From positions 16,182,001-16,246,000 of the forward strand of contig CM120642.1 of assembly GCA_051362555.1 (NCBI GenBank): a stretch of DNA of 64,000 nt, in the 5' to 3' direction. Each line of letters starts with the position of its first letter. Within the stretch, counting starts at the first letter, position 1. A program made the position numbers and the translations under genes. This DNA is from Lingula anatina. Lineage: Eukaryota > Animalia > Brachiopoda. The notes under the pieces were generated by a model that did no database searches, was not told the DNA's origin, and was given only the letters and a program-made list of their open reading frames with translations. Below, one piece after another: positions 22,012 through 37,300 of this stretch.

Positions 22012-25000
22012 ATGGGGAAGGATAGTAAAGTGGATGACAGCGAAAATGCAGCTGAAAAATCAGAAGAGAAGAACAAATACGGTAAGTTTTGAAGACCTGC
22101 CTCGCAGCAGGTGTGATCCGATTGAGAAATCAAGTTGAAGTTGGTTGTCGATTACGCCTCACTTGAAGTAACTGCTAATTGATGTTTGAATTAAGATTTA
22201 ACTCAGGTGAACTAAATACAACTATTTAGCGTGGAATTATAACAGTTAAAAATAGAAAAGTAATAGCTGTCTTAGATATATCGTTTTCGTCCGTCTTCGT
22301 CAGAGACATTCACTAAGAGAGGTTTTGTATACGGCTTGGAAACCTGAAAAAATACATAACATTGTAAAGTTGACAGTGATCTATGATAAAACACAAATTT
22401 GCCCCCATTATTTCCAGTCGTGTGTCAGTGTTACTTAGACTGATTACTAAACATTGTCTTTTCAGCTTTGCTTAAATGAATTTATTGACTGTTGACAAGA
22501 TGAATAGACATGTATTACATAACTTATTCATAGCAATGCTATTGATCACCTAGAGTATTTATTGCAAACGTGATTTTAAAAAAGCCATGTATATGAATAT
22601 TTCAGCTTTCATATATGTCATTTTAACGGTCATGTAGAAAACAGGTCAGCAATTAAATTTATATGCAACTGTTATGTTTGACTGCATTCCCAGAGATTTA
22701 GATCGATCCATCTGGATCAACCTAACTCCCTGGGGGTTCACGCTAAATTGCTGTCAGCAGAGTGCGCACGAGAGTTAATTACCCCCTTACAGCTTTAAGT
22801 AGGCGGGACAGACATTTAAGCCGGTTAAGCTGACACCAATCTAGTGAGACTCCCCAGGGGGATAGATCGATCTAAATATCTAAGGGAATGGGGTCTTTGT
22901 GAAAAGTTATGTGATTATAACTAGACATACATAAAGTTCTGAATTGTTGGTACGTAGGAGACTGTTATAGTTGTTATTTTTAAAGATCAGATACAGATCA
23001 GCAATTAAATTATGCAACTGTTATCATAGTGAAAAATAAATAGACATCTGCTTTTTGGGCCTGTATATACCTGTTCAACATGTCTGCTTAAAACGAAAGC
23101 AGAATTCCTCATCTACGTACCCACATCTAAAATGGTACATACACTGTAATGAATAATTCACATAATTTCATTTCAACTTCCTGATTTTGGCCAAGATTAA
23201 GATAAGCAATGTTTATCCTGTATCCAGGCAACTGACAGTTATTTATTGGTCAGTTTATGTGCCTTACTACATATCTTATCTCAGCTGCAATCAGTGCTGT
23301 AATATAGATGAATAGATTTGGTTTTAATGCTGATAAACACAGAAGCAGAGACAGCCCTCTAGGCTGTTTGCATGTCAACCCCATACTCTACCAGGGCAAC
23401 AGATTGGTTTTTACGGATATTCACAGATATGTCTCTAGATTAATAGACACTCAGTGTCTGGATTTTTCCGTTTTTCCCTATATAATCTGCCACCCTGGTA
23501 GAGGGTATCAACCCCAAATAAAGTCTTCAGCACTATCTTGGCTATAATCTGGAAGATCGTGTAGATATTTATTGATGCCATACTGCAACTTGTTGTTCAT
23601 AAGGATAGTGACCAGATATTTAAAAAAACTTAACATTCTCCAGACAGAACTTCTCAGAGTGTTTGTATAATGTGAATTTACTTACTTATTTAAAGGAAAA
23701 ATAAAATGAAGTAAAAAAAAAAATCAAGAACTATTTAGATTAATTATTCCTTGCAAAAAATCTGAAACTGATATAAATTTATATTTTTTGTATGTGATAT
23801 TTAAAAGATTCTTATCACTAATTCAATATAAATATAGTAAAATTTGGATAAAAAGACATGTTATATCAAATCATATGAAATAAACATATATATATATATT
23901 GCGTCTTATTTTTAGATTATGTACAATTCAGAAGGTAAAGAGAAGTCACAAGGCGTAATCCAATGTGATCAGAAACACAACCAACATTTAATGAAATATT
24001 TAATGCAACCCATTTCATTATTCATAATTCAAGTGCATATCTGCATCAGAATCTAATAGTAACATAGCAGCTAGTGTCTAATTTGAAATGAAAATACAAA
24101 AGGAGGACAGAATTCCACTCTTAGGTAAGCAATATTACTTTAAAAATACTACATATTTATTCAAGGAAGTTTTCCAGTTTGTATTTTCCAGTTTGTCTGT
24201 CAACACAAAAAATGATTAATACAAAATTAACAGCCCAAATGTGATTGGGCTTTTGTGAAGGTACAAAATCCACCACCTGTTAATTTTACCAACACAAAAT
24301 GAACAGTTTTACAAGCTACAAAGTGCTGGGATATTTGAAGTGCCAAAACTAAGAACAGTGAGAGTTTCAAGGATTTTTATTTCCTGGAAAAGTGTCAACT
24401 TTTAAGTAATTTTATGATATTACCAAAAACATCCAAAATTTTAATTCTAATGCAGTTTTTGAAAATGTATTATAGAAAATGTTGTAATATCCTATGTCTC
24501 TTCTTTAGAATTACCATTTTTTAGTATTATAAATTTACGTAACTTTTCGTTACAAATGTTTATAAAAATAATTATTTAAAAAAGATACTAGTACAGTTGT
24601 CACATCACATACAGTAGTTCACATTACTTTATGGTAGTTTACCTTTATAATTATTATTATACCATACAGCAATAAAATTTTTGAGAAACATAGATACAAG
24701 AGCCATTAACAAATTGTCTAGTTGTCTGGGTGTTATCAGTGATAAATAGGTCAGTTGAGGTAAATTGGAACAGGTACAGGTACCTGCTGCTGATATCATA
24801 TACTGCTCTACTGGCAATGTGTGAACGCCCCACTTTATGTTTGAGACAAACACACACAGTTTATCACATCGTGACAAGAAAAATAATTTATACTACTTAA
24901 AATCAAGAGAACATTATCAGAGATTAATGAGCTGAGCTTGTTAAAAAAAAATAGTGCCCTCATTTTGAGTCACGTAGGAAAATAATTGAAGAAGTAAATA

Positions 25001-26294
25001 ATGTAAAATATATTTTAAGGGACACTGGCTTGCTAACGTGGACAAATGACTAAATGTTCATAAAGACTTGGATGATTATAGTAATTAAGAAGATATTGTA
25101 CAAAAGTTTAAAAAATATAGTGATTTATGCTAAGAAAAAGGATGATTATAGTAATTAAGAAGATATTGTACAAAAGTTTAAAAAATATATTGATTTATGC
25201 TAAGAAAAACTGTACATCATGTGCTTAAGTCTGCAAAAACAAATTACAACGGTGCAGTTAAAATACCATGATATTTACTACTAAGCTAATGTCTAACTTT
25301 CTGTATTCTGAATATATATGAGACTGAAATTTCTGTTGACAGACGAAGGTAGATATGAGTATAGGATAATGGTCTATTTTGAACTCAGATGTAGATGTTT
25401 TGTACATGTAGTTTTTCAAAATTTCATATTTCTTGTCAAATATTTTAATTGCTGTAAAAAGCAATGAATGGAGCTGAAGGAAAATCTGAAAAATCACTTG
25501 TTATTAAGCAAAGAGTAGTCCTTGTGTGAGGAAAAAAACCTCTTAACATCATCATAGAGGCAGGGAAGTCAATGTCAGATGATCATGGCACATGGCATAT
25601 CTTTGTGCTCAGGTGTGCTCTGCAGATAAGACATTGGCATGAAGAGATATGACTCAGTGTTCCCTGGTTTCTGTTGGTATAATATTGGATTGAGACCCAT
25701 TTCTTAACAAACTGAGCTGCATGTTGTAGAAAATCTCTTGTATAAAACAGAAGGGCATGATACAACTGTTGGTATCGTGCCATATTTGTAGGGAAAGTAC
25801 CCAGTCTCACTGTTGTGACAACTATCTTGTTTTAATTGTAACTTTCAAGAATATTTTAATATTTATTAAAATGCCAGAATGAGGTTAAGAGCAGTGTTTC
25901 ATGCATTATTTTGGCAGTGATTTAAACCCAAGCCCCCAAATTGCATCTCTCACTTCCTCTTTCTCTTTCAAACACAGTTACGCTGGGACACAAACAAGCA
26001 AGCATGTACTGTACTTGGGCACCCACACACACACATAAAATAATTTTATGTCGAATATATATTATTTCTTTTAAGTTTTTTAAATATTGTGTATACTAGT
26101 AAGTGATAAACTTGTATATTGTGTATACCTGATGTCTACAAAAGTAACATTGTATATCCTTGATATACCTGTACAGTACACTTTATGTACCTGATGTAGA
26201 AATACCTGAACAGTCATATTTCACCTGATTAGCTTGGCAATATTCTGGTATGTATGCAAATGTGTGTACTAGTATGCGTACATTCATGCATGTT

Positions 26295-26327
<33 letters not shown>

Positions 26328-26330
26328 GTA

Positions 26331-26374
<44 letters not shown>

Positions 26375-29118
26375 CAAAAATAAAGATATGGCAGTAATTT
26401 CAGAAACACAGTATCAGTTTAGGTAAAGTGGAATACTACGGCTTTGAATGTCTTGATTACATCATAAAACATTTGCATTTGGGATTTAGTGACAAAGTGT
26501 AAATATTATATGAGGGTGTCAAACTTGGTCCTGGAAAATTCCTCCAAAAATGTGGAGAACCTAATTAGGTACCTGTATATATATATAGCTCTATATATGT
26601 GTATAGGTACCTGTATAGTCATATATAGCTTTCTCTTGTCACAGTTTGATGTCAATTATGGTTGTGAAAGAGGAAAATTTTCAGGCTTGTTCAGCATTGG
26701 CCCAACATGAACCAAAAGTTTCTGAACAATCAACATAAAGGGATGAATAGATCATGTGTTTGTTAATATGTGGGTATTTACAAATAAAAGATAATGTGGG
26801 GTGGGGCCAAGACTTTAGCCTTTGATTTTCAGTGTCCGGATAGTCAGCTAAGTTCTGGGTTCATGGTGTAGATGGCAGAATCACTAAAACAGTTACCTTA
26901 TATATGATATTCAGCAATTAGTAACCGTCAGGTTATTTGTTTATTGCTATAATCTGCCATGCATGAGTAAACAGATTGAGATAAAGGTTTCCAGAAAACT
27001 GAAGTAAATATTATTGTGGGATGGAAATTAGTCCATATGCTTTTATTTATTTATGTGATTTCTTGCCATGTGATTGCATTGAGAAAAAAATTCCATGTAT
27101 TTTTGATGCACATCAGGTGCTCATGTTTTATTCAAAAAGCACTTTTCCCAGTTGCATTAGTAAGCAAAATTCAACGTAAATAAAACGTAAATATTTTGAA
27201 ATCATATTCCAGTAGGTTGCCATATGATTAAGAAACACTAGGGCTGTCATTGAACTTACACTGAAGCTTAATAGGAATTTTAAAAAAGAATGTGAAAGCA
27301 GGAACAGTGTAATTCTATATATACTAGATGTGGTTAAGAATGGCTACTAGAGTGACAATAGACCAGCAGGCTGGAACTTGAATAGGATCAATGAAGTATA
27401 CGGCAGCGTATTATGGTAACGCCAATCAGTTGTCACAGCAGCTATATTGTGACCCATATATGGCATAACTATATATATATATATCTTTGTATGTTAGACA
27501 AATATACCCAATCGTGGTCAGTACTAGTAAATTATATTGAATTGGGCGTGACCATAACATCCATTTAGGGACCATTTAATCATATACCTATGTGTATACT
27601 GTAGACATATGGTTTTGCATGTTATATCATTATTGAACAATTAGTGAACAATTTTGTGCATGATTTTCATACACTTGATAACCAGTGTATGATAATTCAC
27701 AGTGTATGATAATTGCTTATTTGGCATTAAAATGAGGTCATAGCGCTTGCTCTTTTACCAGTAAATATTTTTGGGAATTCATTTTAATTCCTCATCGGCT
27801 TTTTATTATTAGCTTGGATACTAGTAGGGGCTCAACAGTACTAAAAAATTCAATCGATTTGAAGGACAAAAATACCACCTGTTCTACTTTATGGAATCAT
27901 TCATTCAATTATTTGAATCTTTTTCTGAAATAAACAAGTGGCCCTGATTAGAAGATTGATTCATCTCTTTTTCCAAGAAAAAAGGTAAAACTGAATCCAT
28001 TTTTAAAACAGGATATAAGCATTAAATCTTCTCTGTATGAGGGGACTCAGACCTACATGTGCGTCATGGTTAAGTCTTGGGGCTGAATCACCTGTTTGAC
28101 AGGTATGTTATTACAACGTTTTTATTGACCTGCATAATTACACAGTTTAGTAAGAGTCACGAACTGTATTATGTGGCCTGTCATGATCTCCTGAGTGACT
28201 ACATGATTTAGGAGTTAACTGTCACTCACCCTGATAAGAACACACAAATATTGATGATGAATACTGCCCACCCCCCTCCAGTCATACTTGCATTCAGTCC
28301 AGAAAGTGACTTTTTTTTTCAAATGTTTGTAAGACAATAATGTGATTTAATAACATGAAGTTACTTAAAGTAAAGTTTGTATTTGATGTAATTGAACACA
28401 ATTAATATGAAATTTTGTAAACCGCACAAATGTAAAAGTTTATGATACCCTTTTTGAGCTTCAGATCTCAGGCTCATGTTGACCCTTAAAAGTGTGCCTA
28501 CATGAGAGGAAAAAATTAGATTAATTCATTATCCAATAAATCAGTCTGTGGAGATGATAAAAGGGCCCTTATTTTTAATCAAAAGATTAATGTTGTACCT
28601 GAGCAGGTGAATGTTGAATGGTTCACAAACTTAACCAGATATATAATAGGCTCGTTCAACAGATAAAATCACTGGTTTATTGGTTTAATCTGATGATTAG
28701 AGTTGGCCCCATTTACCTTATGATATATATCTGATATATTATAGTAAGGTCAGCTTATTTTTCAGCATGGCTGTAAAGTCATAAAGGGTAAAAATTGTTT
28801 TGTCCTGATAGGGTAAAACATGAATGTGTCTTTTACTGGTTGATGGCGCAATCTTTTTCAAACTCACGCATACACATATCTTAGTCATCTTTTCGAGATG
28901 TGTATGTACTAGTACACAAGCACCAGGCCCGTAGCCAGCAAGTTCAAAAGGGGGGTTCTTTTTCTGAAAAAATGGACCTTTTCCCATAAAAACTTCATGT
29001 ACCTAGATCAAATTTTACCCAGAGTGGACCTTTTTCCAGCAAAAGGGGCGGTTCTTTCGAACCCCCCGAACCCCCCCCTGGCTACGGGCCTGAGCACCCT
29101 GCATGTATGGGTGTGAGT

Positions 29119-29161
<43 letters not shown>

Positions 29162-32100
29162 TGCACGCACGCACGCATGCTGTATATCATGTATTGTTTA
29201 ATACATGTGCTCTGTTGATAAGTTCCAACTTCTTGAAAAAATTAGGTGATCAGTTATCACATATTCATGTACTAGTATGTGATGTGTTTAAAACATCAAA
29301 TGTGATCCCATTTTTGAAACTTAATCTGAGACTAGTATATATTCAACAAAGGTAGACATATTAGGTGCTGTGATGCAGTAAGGAATGTGTGGTTGAAGTA
29401 CAATGGCTGCATGTCTAAAATGTCATCTGTGTAGTGATATCCTGGTGGTAGGAATACGGTAATCACTTGATCTTTCAATGGGGGAAAACTGTGAATTTAG
29501 ATACTTTATTTTTTAAGTCATAATTTCTTAAAATTAGAAACTTTCTATTAAGTGGTAGTAACAAAATTCAAAAGCAGGCTTATCTGTATTTCCATCAGTA
29601 AAAGCACCTCAAGCTGCATAGAAAAATTTTTTTGTGATTATAAAATTATGTATCTGAAAATTTCATAATTTTTTTCCATTGAAAAGCTTGAGTAAATTGC
29701 TGTAAGTGTACCACTCAGAGTGGAGGTGTCATGTAGTGCTAGCAGGTGCTATGTCATCTACTCAACATTGATAGTAATCAGCTAAAAGCTTTTATCGCTG
29801 ACAAAACATCACTGCAGTGTGATTAAGTACCAGTACATGTTCATTATCTACACTATACCCTTTATGCTGCATATAATCTTAAAGACAAATATAAAATAAA
29901 ATATTTTTTTCTTCTTTTGAAGTGATTTATGAAGAGCAACTTATTCTCTGTATTACATTAATGACATAGGGTGGTTTGATGTAAGAAAATGAGGGGAGTT
30001 AGACATACATGTATCTGTTAGTGACCAATTACTTTTTTTTCGTAAAAATGCAACATGTTTACAAAAGCCTTGCCAGGAAACAAGTGTATAAATATGCCTT
30101 TTACTGCATATAAAACGTTTAAAAAGAAAAGTAGCAAATAAAAAGCTTCAACTTTTATGATAAAATTATGACATTGTGTAATTTCAGGTGAACCTGCCAA
30201 GTTTGATCCTACTTTCAATGGACCTATCAAGAACAGGTGGGTATATTTAACATTGATTTTGAATGATTTAACTTCCTGGAATGTTTTGAAAGATCAACTA
30301 AAATTGGCCATATATACATCCTGTTTACGTAGAATATAAATATTTGAAATGAAAAGATAAATCCTGAACATCTTTGTTCAAATATGTGTTTTGGGTTAAA
30401 TATTTATATTTAGCAGTCTTCTGTTTTAATTTTGATAATTTTGTCAATTTTTTTGGAAAGAAAGGTAATTCAATTAACCAGCTAAAATAATAAGTTGATG
30501 CTCAATTAACCATCGTATTAAACATAAATTCATCACTTATAAATATAATTTGAAATAAATAGTTGTACATAGTCTTTAGCAAAAAGCCTAAAGTTTTATC
30601 TCTGTCAATGCCTGAATATTGCTGTTGTTTTCCAGGGGCTGCACAGATGTAATATGCTGCATCCTTTTTATCATATTTTTCCTGGGAATGGGCGTGGTGG
30701 GCTACTGGGGTGAGTACCAAGAGTGACCTGAATTCCTAGCAGAATTTTTTTAGAATTAAGGGTAGAATATTGTAGTGGCAGAGATGTATTGAAGAAGTGA
30801 AATAATATATTAGATTGTATTATTCATGATAAAGCCTAACAGCATACATGTGGATTGGAACTGGCTTTTTAACACTTGCGGGTAGGTCAAAGGAGGGTAT
30901 GTATGATATTATATAATATATAATAATAATATGTAGTAGTACAGGATATGATATATATATAATAATAAATGTATTTTATAAGATGTATGCAGCATAAATG
31001 AAGATGAAATATTATATTTGTTATTTATAAATTGAAAAAAAAAGCAACTTGTCTTTTAAGTAATATTTTTCTGTTAATTTGATATTGATAAGCATTGCCA
31101 AGAGATGGCAGTTGTTAATCTTATATAATTCAAAGATTTGCGACATGGATAAGAGACCTGTACATTACCAGTGTCTTTTCTAAAATAATCAATAGTTCAT
31201 TTGAGACTGTGATAAATCATGCTGCTTCCATGTCTCCAGTTCCATAAATAATTGTTCAGTATTTGTTTCCTGGGGTTCTTGTGCTCTAGAACACAGCTGT
31301 AACATGTGACAGTTGTGTGTGACACATGTCTCATTAAAAAAGCATTGCTCAGATATGCTTTATATAAATCACTGTGTGCCATCTGCAGACTCTTTTGTAT
31401 GATAAATTATTTGATTTGTATGTTCATTTGCAATGAGACACTGCACTGTAAACGTTCTTGGTAAGAATTGCATGTGAACAAATCAGTTTCTTATCAAACG
31501 TGCACAGGCCTGGCTTGTGGTCGGTATAACTATGGAACTGGTCCACAGGCAAACTAATATATCTGTTATGTGATGGCCATTGTTTTTGTAAAAACAGAAA
31601 AAAAAAACTTTTTGTCTCTGACACCTTTTCTCATACAGCAGTTGTTTCTGAAAATTTGGCTATTTGTCCCCCATCAAAATTACCCCCCTAATAATAATAA
31701 ATAATATTAATAATAGTAATGCAAAAGTTCACTCAGTTTCTTGACATGCATACATTATACGTAACAGTTCAAACCAGATAAAATGATAGTGATCGAATGA
31801 TAATGTTTTAAATTATATGAAACATAATGAAATCATTCTGTTTACTTGTATGGACATGAAATACTTGATTGATAACTAAAAGCTTTCACTCTATTGGACA
31901 TGTCACCATAGCAATTGACTAAGTGTTGCTATGGAGATATAAAGATGCCTCTAGATTTGCATCATGCTCTGTATTATTGGACAAATATAGTCTGTCATGT
32001 ATGGATACCATTCCTCCCAAACAGTTACAACGTTTAACCAGGGGACATTGACAGCAATCCAAAACCATATAACAAAAAAATTGTTTTTAGTGTCACATAA

Positions 32101-32263
32101 CCCAGTATCAAGGTGTCAACCTCTTCACATAATATTCAACCTAGTCACGCAACCCACTTGATCTGCTTAGGGTTTTATTCATCCAGTTTCACAGTTATGC
32201 CTGTCAAGATAGATAATTGTTTTCACCTCCCTTGTTCATAGCTTAGTGTGCCACATTGAACAC

Positions 32264-32296
<33 letters not shown>

Positions 32297-34321
32297 TGTT
32301 TTCTGCACTTTTGCCCTAAAAAATTAATTTTCCTTGCCCAGCGACCCCCCCCCCCCCCCCCCCCCCCCCATCAGACCTTTGTTAATAGCTCTAGATCTGC
32401 AGGTCAGAATATAATTGAGAGAATTTCCTGCAGTACAGTAGTACCAGGTAGTGCTTATTAGAAGCCAATTTATGTAGCAGTGGTATTAATAAAATTTGTT
32501 GAATTAAAAAAACAAAACAAAATGCAATTAACATGTCTGTTTTAACTTTTTGGGTGTGCATGTCAGTTATCTCAATTCATTGTAGAGACATATTTAACTG
32601 CTTTGGCAAGGAATAAATGAGAGTTAATAGGTATATTATACACCACAAATTTAAAAGAAAGTTTTTTATGTATTTCTTGCAGGCTACAAAGAAGGGGATC
32701 CTACTGTCCTGATATACCCGTCTGACTCCGAGGGAAACCTGTGTGGTTATGGGAATTTTGTGTGAGTAAAATTCAGTGAAACCTTGGATGAAGGCGGAAA
32801 GGTTTATTTGATTTATTGATGATGTGATCAAGGGGTTAATAGTTCAGTTTTCATATTGTAAATGATGCCCATCTGTGTAAATAAATGTATTTATGAATCT
32901 GTATGAAGAATTTACAAAACAACACTGTACATCAAATTACGTAGGTCAGTGGGAGTCCTATTCAGATTATTTATGTATTGGTACAGCGCATATGATGTAT
33001 GAAGCTGATTTTTTAAAAAATCACTTTGAACATGTTTCCCACAATTTTCAGAAACAAGCCAAACCTGTTTTTCTTTGACTTGTTAAAGTGCACCAATGTT
33101 GCCCAGAATGTTGCTGTCGGGTGCCCTACCACACAGGTAAAGTAACCATTTGCTTTATATTCATTTGTTAATAAATTACTATTTATCTGTTCAGAATGTT
33201 TGTCTTTAGGGATAAAGTCAAATGTAATGTCAGCCCTGGAAGCAGATAAAAACTCGCAGAAAAAAATAGTTTCTTTGTGCCATTGAGACTGGCTCCTTGC
33301 CAAATGGCAGTTAAATTTTAACTGGACCTGTAATAATTTTAAATTATGTTCAGTTTATGGCCACAGTTTCTGCTTTAAACCACTAAATTCTTGGATATAA
33401 CCTGGTGTCCTAAAGGGCTTCAGCCTTTTGGGCACTGATTAGAGAAACAAATCAGTCACTTATGCAGTGATTTTGGCTGTCTTCAACCTTGGGATCTTTT
33501 TACATCAAGTGGTGATGATACTCTGTATCATTTCAGTAAATTTCTGTCAATAGCTATAGAAATTATTAATTGATATTTATCAGCCATTGTTTCATCTGCT
33601 GATAGTTATCCAACCTCTATCATCTGCTCCTTAGGGAGGGGGAGGGATGAAGAGGAGAAGGGGGCATCTGACTAGACAGCACACTTGAGTGGTGAAAGGT
33701 GAAAATACTTAGACCCCATTCCCAGAAATTAGATCGATCCAACTAGATCGACCTAACTCCCTGGGGGTTCATGCTAAATAGCTGTCAGCCGAGCGGGTAC
33801 GAAAGTTAACTACCCCCTTACAGCTTGTAGTAGGCGGGACGGACATTTAAGCTGGATTATCTGACAGTAATCTAATGAGACTCCCCAGGGGGATAGATCG
33901 ATCTAAAATCTATGGGAATGCGCCCTTACACTCATTTCCCTGATGAAGTCCGACTGTCACAGATGAAATATTGGCTGGAAAGATCAGTTTATTATTTTTA
34001 TAGCTATTGATAAATTTTGATTTAAGAAATTTTAAATTAAAAAAATTTAGTGGTCATTTCAAACACAAAGCTAATGAAACTGTCCAACATCTGTACTGTT
34101 TCACTTTGAAAGTTAATATAAGTCCAGCTATTACGTAAAAAAGCCACCTAGTGTAGCCCAGTGTTCAATCCGGCCAGTTAATGAACTTCTGCACAAACAG
34201 AGGGAAGCCAACTTGTGAAACCTGAAGTAGCTTAATTACATGTCTGAATCTTTCAGAATGTACTGTAATACACCCTAAATTGCAAAACTATACTGCGCAA
34301 AGTATAAAGTATTAATAATAG

Positions 34322-34383
<62 letters not shown>

Positions 34384-37300
34384 TCACGGCTGCACAACAG
34401 TTGAGTCAAATTTTTTGTTTTTGAGTATTGAATCTTTGTATTAATGTGTACATCTGCTGCTGATGTTGTGAACTTGACATTTTAACTGACAAATGATTCA
34501 AAGTACATGAAGTATTCATAATTGCAGCTTTTTTTCAGGTTGCCACATTTATTCCAGCATTTTGATAAAACTTGATTTCAACTATTCTAATATATAGGAA
34601 GACATTTAATCCGATTAATATGTAGTATAATTTGAGAATTTCTTTCAGGACTACACAGCAAATGCTTTAATTGGTATTTTGTATATTGAATGTGCAGCAA
34701 ATTTGTACTTAGGTCAATTGAATGATGTGATTGAACATTTTTTTTATTTATTCTAAATAATATATTGACCTGCAATATCTCCAATAGGTTTGTGTTGAAA
34801 AATGTCCAGATAAATACTGGGCATGGCTACCTGATTTCATCATTGAGACAACCACTGGAGTACGGACGCGGGGCAATCTGATCTGCGATTACACCACTCA
34901 AGCTATTCTTTCAACCACTACTCTTGTAAGCTGTAGACCACTGAGGATCGTGTGTTGATCCAATATTTTCTGGTGTGAACTAATTCCTTTGTAAACACTG
35001 AGGATCGTGTGTAGATCTACTCTGCTGTTGTATGAACTCATACCTCCATGAACACTGTTTGTAGGGTGTAGATCCATCGTGCTGTGGTGTGAACTAATCC
35101 TGTGACTTTGTTGTGCTGTGTGTAGTCTTGCTAACAGGTTGCTGTCAACATTATCAACTTTGCTACGTACAGAATGAAAATTGATAAAGATAATTTTTCA
35201 TTTTTTGACCATGTTTTTTTGCAAAAATGTTTTTATATGGTTAAAAAAATTGAATTATTGTTTGGCTACAAAAATCAATGTGCTCTGACAGCAAGTAGTG
35301 TTTTATCACTAGGTGTGATGATAAAGTTATGATAGACTTTATCATATTGTTTTCTAATGGCTGGAAATATTGTACAACTGGGATGTCATAGTACAACATT
35401 GTCATTATAATAACATAGTCATAGTAACATTTCCTCTGGTTGCATTGGTCTACTTGGCCCCTTTATGTTGCTTTTACAGTAGTTCAGTAGTAACAATTAA
35501 TGCAGCCCTTGAATGTGACTGGCTATACTAACCTGAGCTATCTTTTCTGTATTTCTAGATCTCTAGCATGTCACTGTATAAGAGTCATGAGTGTTGTGTA
35601 AGAGTTCCTGTTATTAAAGGTATGAGATGTGAGAGCGTCACAGAATGTTGTACATGTATTTATCATATCTCGGGCACAGTATGATGCCATCATGGGCTGT
35701 TGAGCTGCCATTGTGGCTGTTTTTGGATATTTGGAATGGTTTTGAAGTTTGACAGCTGATTTTATCGCGTTCCTGTATTCACTGTTAGAATGTGCCTTAT
35801 GTGTAATGTTGTCTGAATGTGATGAAAAAATGAACCTCAACAGTAGGACATGGAGAGTTTTCCTTCATACTTCATCAGGAGCTTATACATCTCTCAAAAC
35901 TAACTTTTTATGGACTCCATGCATCTCCCAACATGTTAGGAATTTTTTCACTCGGTGTCCACAAAACTGTGTTTTGTGGTATAAAGTTTTAAGCTTGCTT
36001 CTCAGTCCTAATGCCAATAAGAATGATGGTGATGGGTTGACTTTTGCTTTTAAAGGTCCTGTAGCAAAAATATATGGCTTGGTACAATGTAGGACCTGGT
36101 TCTGATCATATCTAGGCTTTTAGAATTTGTCTTTCATATTACTTCTCTATGACTTGTAATACTTGTGATGCACCGAAAAGCGTTCCATGTAGAGGTTCTG
36201 TATTCTGCGCTTGGTTCTTCAAGCTGATAAAACCTGGTGTTCAAGATACATTTATGCTTATCAAACAAAGGTTGCCTTCTTTGAGAGTACAGCTTTCTCT
36301 TGTAGTTATCAAGATGCTGTTCAATGTCATGGCTGTAAACTGTTTAAGGACTCTTCTTCCTCCTTTTCCATTTTCCAAGATGATCACAGTTTCAGGTACG
36401 TCTGCCAAAATGTATGTAAGTGGATAGTCAGAGTTTCCCCAGTTTTACTCAATCTGTTTATCATGATATTTTTCTTTGCCAATGCATTAAGGCATAGCTG
36501 TCATGTATACCAAAGAAGCATGCAGGGAACCCAGGCAATACACTTCTCAGTGTCCACGTACACCATGTCTCCACACCATTGAGATCATCTCTCCTTACAG
36601 ATCTGTGTCAGTTCTTGCCCTACCACTTACTGGACATGGGTTCCCAGCTATCTCCAGGAGCTGGCCTCTCTTACTGGTGCCAAGTACAGGGATGGTATGA
36701 TCTGTGACTACGCCACACAGGATATCCTACTTACTACCACCAAAGTACGATCTCAGAGAAGATGAGGATCATCCAACAATGATTATAGTGTACATGTGTA
36801 GCTTCTGTGCATAGCTTAGTTTTCCTAGGTGCAAACATCTTCAGAATCTGTGCTTTTTGCCATTGAGCTTTTTTTAGCCTTGTTTTAAAGATATTGGACA
36901 GTGAGTATATATGAAGAACTATTGCATAAGCTTACTGTTTGTTGGCTGTGAACTGCTTTCTTTGTACGTATACAATTTGACATAAGGTTAGACCCATATG
37001 AAGTGGGTCTAAGACAAGGAATTCACAAATGATAAACTAATGACACTGAATGCGTTAGCTCTCTTTATTTTTGCGGCTTGACTCCTATAGTTCAATGCAT
37101 TGATAAATTTTCTGTGCTTTGACTAATCTCTTAGGCTACTGGAATTATATCTCATATCGATGACCTAAATTGCCTGTTCTGGTGATTACTGATTTGTTTT
37201 CTTCTCAATCTTGACAATTGTTGCTGACTGCCATAGCAATTAACTGGTTACAATGTACCACATTGGAATTATCTCATGCTTTATCCTTTGCTATGGCAAC

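Noticed and set aside
28038-28102. Other alternative first exons in SLC44 intron 1 (donors at about 28102 and 29458)
   Set aside because: Upstream ATG frames hit stops or end in the wrong phase.
35571-36582. Cluster of 90-120 aa ORFs between exons 6a and 6b
   Set aside because: No recognisable domain or consistent splice structure. They are probably intronic or an old repeat.
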